Source of the DNA: Chloropicon primus
Taxonomy: Eukaryota
NCBI GenBank assembly: GCA_023205875.1
Contig: CP060768.1
Location: 186,001-250,000 of the forward strand
DNA: 64,000 nt
Direction of reading: 5' to 3'
The notes beneath the pieces are model-generated. The model was not told where the DNA came from. It ran no database searches and saw only the letters and a program-made list of their open reading frames with translations. The position numbers were made by a program, and so were the translations under genes. This document shows, in pieces, positions 57,801-64,000 of the stretch (the stretch's first letter is position 1; every line of letters begins with the position of its first letter).

Positions 57801-60800
57801 AAAAGCTTCCTCGAAGGCAAATGCAAAAAGGGAGTAGCAAGGTATTCTGAATCGATGGTCTCGTCCTGTTTGACATCCAGCATCTGCTCGATGATCTTCA
57901 AGCACCTGTCTTGGTTCTCTTTTGTCATCCTTGACACGGCGCTGGGAACTGAGGGCACAGGCTCGTAATGCTCTGCGCTGAGAGTTTTTCCATTCCTGTC
58001 CTCCCCTTTCTCTGGGACAACTCCGACAACAGGGATCTGCATTTGCTGCACTATATCGGGCTGGGCTGCTGCCACGGTACTGGTCACTTGAGACTCCTGC
58101 TCTTCCATGCAGAAGGGCTTCAATTCTCCTCTCTCTGCCCGTTGAAGCAGGACATTCAAAACATTCCTTGGAATGAATGAGGCAACCCATTCTTTCGACT
58201 TTTTTCCTTTCGTCGTGTCCCTACCAGTTGAGATACGGACACATGCGTCAAGAATGGCTTTGTTCACCAGCTTAAGCCTCTTGTGATCCTCCTCGGTGAG
58301 CTCAGTCTTCTTCGACTGTCTCTCCCTTTCCCTTTCCAGCCTCCTCTGCTCCTTCGCCTCCTTCTCTGCCTTGATTCTCGCTTCATTCTCATCACGGATT
58401 TGCTTTTCAATTGCCTTTGCCTTTGCCAGGCGGTCTTTAAGCGCCTCAGGAACAACAGATAATTCCTGGTTGAGTAGAGCTTGCTCGAAACTCAGCTTGT
58501 CCAATGTTTCTTGGTCCCCGCTCGCATATGTAAGCTTGACACCCCTGTCCTTGGGAAGCATCATCAACTTAGCGTTGTACCACCTTCCTTCCTCAGGCCA
58601 GTAAACCGCCACAGAAAGACCAGTCAACCCGGGATGCAGGTGCTCCACCCTCAAGAAGTATCTTTCCGATTTGCTGTTTTCCATTCTGTGAATCTCAATG
58701 AAGTCCTTGACCAGCTTGAGAGGGACGTTCTCTTCTCTCAGCCACTCAGGTTCTGACTTGGCCGCCGTTGTAGGAGCTCCGTATGGAGTATACGGAGGGA
58801 CTGGTGGCTTCTTGGTGCAGAGGTACTCATTGTAGTGATACGTTACACCATCCTCTTCCCAAACTTCTGCTGTTGTCCTGCGATCCAGCACCTTCATGCC
58901 TATGTTCTCTTCACCCACGTAGCTGATTTCCTCCCATTTCAGGGACGAGTCGAACTCGCGTACCAGCACTGCGAGCTCAGAGAAGGTTTCAACTTCCTCT
59001 GCCCTGATTCTCCACTCCTGCTGCGTGCTCACGACACCATACCTCTTGTTAGGATACAAACAACCTTCAGCAGCAACGACCCCGCCCTGTCTTGCGATTT
59101 TCCTGGTTTGATTCATAGGCAACATCTTGTTCCTGCCCAAGAATTGCTTGTTCTTCCTCCATGTGAGGAGTGATTTCTCTCCCGTCGGATAAAGCCTGTA
59201 TGGCCAAGGCTTCTTCTTGCCAGGCCTGACTGGGTGCACCGGTTGATAGGATTGCGGCCTGTCAATGTATTCGCCCAATTTGAGCTCCCCCAACTTCAAC
59301 CCGATGTACTTCTGAACAGACCTGATTTCCTTTTGAGGGTCCTCACGCATTCTGTTTGACAGCAACCTAGGGTCCGCCGTTTCATACCAGCTCTCATAGC
59401 GAGCCCTCTCTGACAAAGCTCGTTCGAGTTCCAAGAGCCTGATGCCCAACTCGTGAGGACTCGTGGAGCGAAAGACGGAATTGATCCATTTACTTCTCCA
59501 AGTTGGGTAGTTGGACCAGTTCTCCTCCAGCAAGCCCCAAAGCAGCCTCTCTGTCCTGGAAAGGTAGACGATCATCATATGCGCATGAGGGTGCACATTG
59601 CAGAGTGGCAATTTCTGCAAGCTTTTCTGCCCACGGCCAATGCGCGTTGGCCAGACGTACTTGCTGATAGCGAATTGGCTCTTGTCACTCCCGCGAGACT
59701 TCGACCTCGTAGTCATTTCGTTGAACAGGGTGCCCCAAGCGTTGCGGTACTTGTTGACGTATGTGTCCAGGGAGTCCTTGAAATAAGCTATCTTCACTTC
59801 TTCCTCAAAGCCCCCGGACAGATATTCGGCTGCCATGTCCTTGCCCTCGATGGGGTGTTGTATTGGTAGGACCTTGCATTTCCATTCAACGGAAATGGGT
59901 GCACTTGACCCGACATAAATTTGTGGCCCCTGAGCCGCCTTCTTCTTTCCCTTGCTTTTCCTGGAAGGCCTCCTCGATCGCGTCACAGCCTCAACTTCTG
60001 TGTCTATAACAGCACACTGGAATGCAAAGTCCTGGATCTGCCACGTGGACTTTTTCTTCCCTTTCCTCGGAGCACTCGTCACCTTTTTCAGCGTCATCAA
60101 ATCAAATTGCAAGGAGTCAGAGAACCTACCCTCGTTCTCCTTCCGAAGCTTGCATTCCTCGCACAACCAGATTCCATCCGACATGATGACCTTGTTATTC
60201 TCACCGGCACACCTGACGTGAAAGGCCGCGGGGCACCCTTCGCAGCACAGCAGGTTTCCCCCCAAGCCACAAAGCACGCAGGCATCAACGTTGTGATCCC
60301 TGTCGTCGTCCTCCTCCTCCATGGCGTGGGAGCCCTTTGGGACGTAATCCTCGTCGCCCCCCCCCCTTGACTTCTTTCCGGAACCCGGAGTCTTCGAGGA
60401 GGCCCACTTTGGAGGCCTGCCCCTCTTTTTGGGCGTCTGCGCAAGAGCTTTGGCCGAGGGGGTGAACTGCTTTGACAGAGACTTCCGCCCGGGCCCCGTC
60501 AAGTCCTGCCTAGTGTTCAGCGTATGCAGCAGCGTCGTGAATCTCATCACGGTCCTCATGCCGTACTCCTCCCTCTGCCACATCTCACACCTCATCACAC
60601 TGCAGTCAAGCAAGTCGTCACAGAGCCTCTGCATGATGGAAATCTTTCCCCTCAAGTCCGTGAAGTGGTACTCTTTCGACCGTCTGACCTTCTTCACCTT
60701 GGCCCCCGCCCTCTCGGCAGACTCGTCGATCTTCATCGCCTTTCGGACCTTCTCGACCCTCTCGAAGGACTCCTCACCCCAGTCGAGGTTCAGCTTCACG

Positions 60801-61816
60801 CACCAGCTGCTCGATGGCCCAGAGCCCTCCTCGACCTCGCCGTCCTGGCCGTTCCCCCGGCTCTCGGCCTCCCCCCTCACGTCCTCCACGACGTCCAGAG
60901 TGACTTTGAGGCCAAGATCCCTGTTCACGTTCTCCCTCTTGAAAGACGCGAGGGTGTCCCTCACCGGCCCCTTGTCCACGACGTGGTACTTGTACACGGT
61001 CAAAGGGTCGTGAAGCTCGTAATCCTCCTCCGGGAACTCGATATCGGGCTCGACCCCATGCAGGGCTTGCAGCGCGCTCTTCGCGTTTCCGGACTCCGCC
61101 CTAATCTTCTGCAGCTTTTGCTCGTGCTTGAACTCGAGGTACTGCCAGACGAACTCCGGCCAGGTCTGGTGGTCCAAGAAAGACACGTTCATACCGAAAG
61201 CCGCCCTGTCCTCCGGGACCATGTCCAGCAGCAGCAAGCGCATAAAGCTCAAGTGCACCTCGTCCAGGAGCTGCGAGTGCCTCTGGGCCGCCAAGCTGCA
61301 GGCGAAGGCCTTCAAGCTGAAGGGGCTGAGCTTCAGCTGCCAGGAGAACGTCCGAATCATGCAGTAAATGGACGCGATGTCGCTCAAGTCCTCGCTGTGG
61401 ATGGTCAGCTCCGTGTCGCCCTGGAACAAGAGGCCGGTCCCCGGTGCCGCAAGCATTGGGTCCATGACCACCGTCCCGTTCCCCAGCGCCGACATGCCGC
61501 TCGCCGACGCCCTCCACTTCGCCTCCCCAGCGTCCACGCTCGCATTGTACGCCTCCGTGGACATCGATTCCGCCCTCTCCTTCCCCGAGTCCTCCCAGCG
61601 CAGCCTCACCGCCTCTGCCGTCCTCCCCGGAAGGTTCTCGGCTATCCCTTCGAAACTCAAGCCGATCCCTTTGCCCCTCGCGGACTGGGCGAACAGTATC
61701 ACGTCGTCCTCCCAGTCCAGCCACGGCGAGGGCGCCGGCGGAGACTCCTCCTCCTTCGCCGCTCCAACCTCCTCGGCGCTCACCGGAGCAAACCTCGAGC
61801 TCCTTCGCGTCGCCAT
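54848..61816 (-). CDS. Large chromatin reader: Myb/SANT-like, DDT, AT-hook, PHD, 2 bromodomains, CXXC-like finger and ~9 Tudor domains (PTM/DDP-BPTF-like)
   Basis: DDT (IYCMIRTFSWQLKLSPFSL...LLDEVHL...LDHQTWPEF), KKRGRPPK, PHD (CVLC...LLCCEGCPAAFHVRC...WLCEEC), bromodomains (PDYYRII..P.D...NARTYN; PVD...NPMDL...NCRLFN) and repeated GWRVGVxWEDDKTYYYG...YDDG units. Confidence 0.88.
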   Translation of the reverse strand: MATRRSSRFAPVSAEEVGAAKEEESPPAPSPWLDWEDDVILFAQSARGKGIGLSFEGIAENLPGRTAEAVRLRWEDSGKERAESMSTEAYNASVDAGEAKWRASASGMSALGNGTVVMDPMLAAPGTGLLFQGDTELTIHSEDLSDIASIYCMIRTFSWQLKLSPFSLKAFACSLAAQRHSQLLDEVHLSFMRLLLLDMVPEDRAAFGMNVSFLDHQTWPEFVWQYLEFKHEQKLQKIRAESGNAKSALQALHGVEPDIEFPEEDYELHDPLTVYKYHVVDKGPVRDTLASFKRENVNRDLGLKVTLDVVEDVRGEAESRGNGQDGEVEEGSGPSSSWCVKLNLDWGEESFERVEKVRKAMKIDESAERAGAKVKKVRRSKEYHFTDLRGKISIMQRLCDDLLDCSVMRCEMWQREEYGMRTVMRFTTLLHTLNTRQDLTGPGRKSLSKQFTPSAKALAQTPKKRGRPPKWASSKTPGSGKKSRGGGDEDYVPKGSHAMEEEDDDRDHNVDACVLCGLGGNLLCCEGCPAAFHVRCAGENNKVIMSDGIWLCEECKLRKENEGRFSDSLQFDLMTLKKVTSAPRKGKKKSTWQIQDFAFQCAVIDTEVEAVTRSRRPSRKSKGKKKAAQGPQIYVGSSAPISVEWKCKVLPIQHPIEGKDMAAEYLSGGFEEEVKIAYFKDSLDTYVNKYRNAWGTLFNEMTTRSKSRGSDKSQFAISKYVWPTRIGRGQKSLQKLPLCNVHPHAHMMIVYLSRTERLLWGLLEENWSNYPTWRSKWINSVFRSTSPHELGIRLLELERALSERARYESWYETADPRLLSNRMREDPQKEIRSVQKYIGLKLGELKLGEYIDRPQSYQPVHPVRPGKKKPWPYRLYPTGEKSLLTWRKNKQFLGRNKMLPMNQTRKIARQGGVVAAEGCLYPNKRYGVVSTQQEWRIRAEEVETFSELAVLVREFDSSLKWEEISYVGEENIGMKVLDRRTTAEVWEEDGVTYHYNEYLCTKKPPVPPYTPYGAPTTAAKSEPEWLREENVPLKLVKDFIEIHRMENSKSERYFLRVEHLHPGLTGLSVAVYWPEEGRWYNAKLMMLPKDRGVKLTYASGDQETLDKLSFEQALLNQELSVVPEALKDRLAKAKAIEKQIRDENEARIKAEKEAKEQRRLERERERQSKKTELTEEDHKRLKLVNKAILDACVRISTGRDTTKGKKSKEWVASFIPRNVLNVLLQRAERGELKPFCMEEQESQVTSTVAAAQPDIVQQMQIPVVGVVPEKGEDRNGKTLSAEHYEPVPSVPSAVSRMTKENQDRCLKIIEQMLDVKQDETIDSEYLATPFLHLPSRKLLPDYYRIITAPVDIGSIRQCLNRTKTNNYAVVQDFIRDVELMFSNARTYNQDESEVYTSAVRLQKWFWGQIGELFPFITESNWAEHTSDKLAARAAAKAQAMREVSKKAKLKAVAKAKSKEAAQASKAAVVPAKKERPLKDRLLAALSVVKDVMKLPESFAFQDPVDVELIPVYGQIIKNPMDLGTIRKQLEAGRDIGWNNLVYSHEDEVFRDVKLVWNNCRLFNRGEDPIYQQSLVIEPAFDILWALRMSCPDYKKYTINTNKPEIVLTSPEKCVGFRVGIWWPRSLCFFYGDIMAYEKEKHRIKYDDDTFACVTLTKHHIHWCDDRFNFKYSFSMDGMPVDASQIEGIKAKSKSTSQKSGPPETPPTEEAAIGWRLGLLWEEDNTYYYGIVNGYDEDTGTHSVLYDDGTLENLDLSEVKIEWVEQTLPEDAEVDARPKQQKQHKERKRRPSIPGMKCGVCRYCRNPKLKKGCLNKVPTEMSDTPPEKKAKTVPASKDPKGADAVGWRVGVWWEDDKTYYYGVLKDYDKKEKKHKILYDDDQVEDWIVLTEEKLEWKEKDASASSLEPPQKEAAIGWRVGVLWEDDKTYYYGVVHAYDASAGTHNVIYEDGTMESLNLSKVKVEWVEQETQPKGGKKSSSVGSKPSKPKAKKSSASSQKKPPQKEAAIGWRVGVLWEDDKTYYYGVVHAYDASAGTHNVIYEDGTMESLNLSKVKVEWVEQVAGKQETQPKGDKKRSAGGSSKSQKKAKAVPASKDPKGADAVGWRVGVWWEDDKTYYYGVLKDYDKKEKKHKILYDDGQQEMITIEKEKLEWKEGPSKPKAKKSSASSQKKPPQKEAAIGWRVGVLWEDDKTYYYGVVHAYDASAGTHNVIYEDGTMESLNLSKVKVEWVEQVPLSAPKGAPEPEKKGKKAKKKSKSKNNVGQRIGIWWPDDKCFYYGEIAAFREADKMHQIKYDDGMEEFLDLQKQEVDWKGQFDTAKAQK
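55122..56338 (-). repeat. Near-identical intragenic DNA duplications encoding Tudor modules (order B-A-A-B-A in the protein)
   Basis: A-type copies begin at 55122, 55638 and 55917 on + coordinates. B-type copies lie at ~55406-55563 and ~56179-56338. Synonymous positions look unchanged by eye. Confidence 0.92.
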
Positions 61817-62684
61817 CCCTCCGTGGCTCCGTCCGTCGTCAAAAAAAAAAAACAAGAAAAACAAACGGCAGAACAAGACAAAGGCAAAGCCTCGAAGCCA
61901 AACACTCCGTTCTCCGCGCACGCCAACACGTCACAACACAAGCCGAGAGCGGAGCGAAGGCTTATACGCTTCCCTTTGGAGTCCAATGGAGTTTTTTTGT
62001 TTGTTTTTTTCTTTTCCTTGGTTCTTGTTTTGATCTATTCGCCCACGACAACAACTTGAGGCAGCACAAGGCACGGCAGGCGCGACACCCTTGGTTACGC
62101 GTCCTCGTCGCCGCGATCGCGATCGCCGATCACTCCGCGATCGATCGCTTCGCCCCGCTTTGGGTTTCTTCTCCGATCGATCGATCGATCGCAGAGATCG
62201 TCGCCCCGTCGCCCGCGCTTTGGTTTCACCCGAAAACCAACGCCGGCCAGTTTCGCGAGGAAACCCTAATTCGGGGATCCGAAGATCCGAAACCAGAGGA
62301 GGGACATGACTGTCTATTTTTTTTCTTGGGGGGGGGTCTTAAGGTTGTGCGCCCCATCAAAAGGATTGAGGGTCAGCTTCTGCCTCTCTCTCTCTCTCTC
62401 TCTCTCTTTCGCTCTTCCCGCGTTTTTGCTTGCCAAAGAATCCTTTCTTCCTGGGGAAGCTGGGACAAGCAGGCCAGTAGTGATGATGAAGGACTCGAAG
62501 AAGAAGAAGACCGCGCGCGCTTCCTCGGGAAGGGGTTGGTTTGTCGTCACCCGCTGCCCTTGGAATCTGCCAAGCGCCAAAAGCAACAACAACAAAAAAC
62601 AAAAAATGTGTTTCTTTTATTGATGACGAGTTACAAAAAGGTGCCAGCCACCACCAAAGCGCACACCCTCGCCGAGGAGCCTCC

Positions 62685-63266
62685 TCAGGCCTTGTTGAAG
62701 CCCAAGCCGTTCTCGTTGGCGTACCTCTCCATGAACCTCATGAACCTGTCCCACTGGAAGGCGGACTTCATCACGTAACGCGCCTCGATCTTGTTGGGCT
62801 TTCCGTCGAGGAAGCTGGCGACCACGTCCTGGGTCTGAAGCTCCCCCTCCTCGTCTATCATGTACAACCCGGTGATCTCCCCCTTCGCCACCACGTCAGC
62901 GTCGTTGTCGAATATCGTGGGCTTCATAAATATGAACGTCGCCACACCGTTGCTCCCGTCCCTCGAGCGGGTCAGCTTGACCTCCGGGACGACGGCCTCG
63001 TCCACGCCTCGGACGAACTGCATGACGCAGGCGCCCGCCGAGTCGCCCGCCGAGGCTCCGCACACCACCAACGACGACGACGACGACGAGGCCGACGACG
63101 ACGGCGGCGACAGGGTCTTTCCGGACGACGGCGAAGGGAACGGCGAGACGCGCAACCCTCCCCCCCTCGACCCCACGACCCTGGTGGTCGTGGCCCTCCT
63201 CCTCGCCGTGGCCTTGGCGCCGCTCCTCGAGCACTTGGCCGCCCTCATCGCAGTTCCCCCCACCAT
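62685..63266 (-). CDS. psb28: Photosystem II assembly factor Psb28, plastid-targeted
   Basis: [32 protein letters not shown]...[14 protein letters not shown]...[19 protein letters not shown], preceded by an Arg/Ser-rich transit peptide. Start is at 63266 or 63248. Confidence 0.95.
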   Translation of the reverse strand: MVGGTAMRAAKCSRSGAKATARRRATTTRVVGSRGGGLRVSPFPSPSSGKTLSPPSSSASSSSSSLVVCGASAGDSAGACVMQFVRGVDEAVVPEVKLTRSRDGSNGVATFIFMKPTIFDNDADVVAKGEITGLYMIDEEGELQTQDVVASFLDGKPNKIEARYVMKSAFQWDRFMRFMERYANENGLGFNKA

Positions 63267-63794
63267 GTGATGTCCGTTACCAATGCTAGGTCGCCTGAGC
63301 AGCCCCCGCGTAACGGCCGACGAGGAGAACAGCAACAGCAGGAACCAAAAGATGCAAAGATGATTGAGATGAGAGCACAAAGCGTCGTGGGGTCAGAGAA
63401 TCTTCCCCACAGAATCTTCCACAGGGTGTCAAATCTCGCGAACGAGGGACGTGCAGATTGAGAACGACGAGACGGATTCCGTTTACGCGACCGTCTCTTC
63501 GCACAAGGTCCCGGAACCAGGCGCAGCACGCTCGAAAAAAACACTCACCTCTCTCTCTCTCTCTCTCTCGCCTTGATCCACCACGATCTCGCGGGCGGAG
63601 GCAACGTGTGGCTCAAACAAGAGGACCTGGAAATTTCCATTTGGGGGGGGGGGTACGAGTTTGGAGGTTGGAGGTGTCGGGGGAACGAACAACATCGTAA
63701 CGCACGTACCGGCAGCGAAGGGGAGAGGTGGAGGAGGTCCGGACACCGAGGAGGCCCGGGTGATCATGGTCAAAGACGGTGGAGATATTCTTAG

Positions 63795-64000
63795 GAGGCC
63801 CTCGTCACCCTGAACCAGAGCGTAGAGGAGTTTGAGACCCTTTTGGGTTTTCCGTTCGAGGCCACCTTGGAGGACGGGAAGGCCAAGAAGTGCATCGAGG
63901 GCGGCTTCTATGACGTGGCCAAGTCGTCGTCCAACTCTCGATCGATTACGGGTCTGGTTTACGGGAAGTGGAGAGAGCGATTTCTCGATCCCCGTTCGGT
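63795..64000 (+). CDS. Probable partial exon running off the right edge (unidentified)
   Basis: An open frame after a ttcttag acceptor-like site (EALVTLNQSVEEFETLLGFPFEATLEDGKAKKCIEGGFYDV...) with coding-like composition. No family recognised. Confidence 0.3.

Noticed and set aside
61817..61921. Non-ATG N-terminal extensions in the ORF track (also 15510..15695, 22624..22669, 23960..23981, 63267..63380)
   Set aside because: They start at TTG/GTG and translate UTR or intron sequence. ATG starts or spliced first exons explain the genes better.
63573..64000. Stop-codon readthrough joining the 63573..63794 ORF to the downstream open frame
   Set aside because: The TAG sits in a ttcttag acceptor-like context and the upstream peptide looks non-coding, so an intron end is simpler.

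Overview
Gene-dense, intron-poor, GC-rich eukaryotic nuclear DNA. The plastid-targeted Psb28 and CPP1 genes, TGTAA motifs after stop codons and compact spacing point to a small green alga; a Chloropicon-like picoalga is my inference, not something the sequence proves. I can model 21 complete protein-coding genes: EPL1, a mitochondrial carrier, AGT, OST48, tRNase Z, CCDC22, a GNAT, a myosin, a coiled-coil protein, an OXS3-like protein, kinesin-4, sphingosine-1-phosphate lyase, CCDC61/VFL3, TPR/NUA, a P5A-ATPase, a Sep15/SelM-like protein, a DUF2470 protein, CPP1, an LNK-like protein, a DDT-PHD-bromo-Tudor protein and Psb28. There are two weak edge fragments and several tandem repeats. No rRNA, tRNA, transposase or CRISPR array was recognised. 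The most unusual element is a myosin with five PH domains and a FERM domain, no obvious MyTH4, and a Ser at the TEDS site. It sits head-to-head with an uncharacterised coiled-coil protein that ends in a FERM-C/PTB-like module. Other highlights are a recently amplified Tudor array in the chromatin reader, algal LNK-like and OXS3-like genes, a single-Cys Sep15/SelM homologue, a divergent DUF2470/CPP1 pair, and two non-coding repeats built around splice-site motifs. All family calls come from motif recognition by eye; no searches were run.
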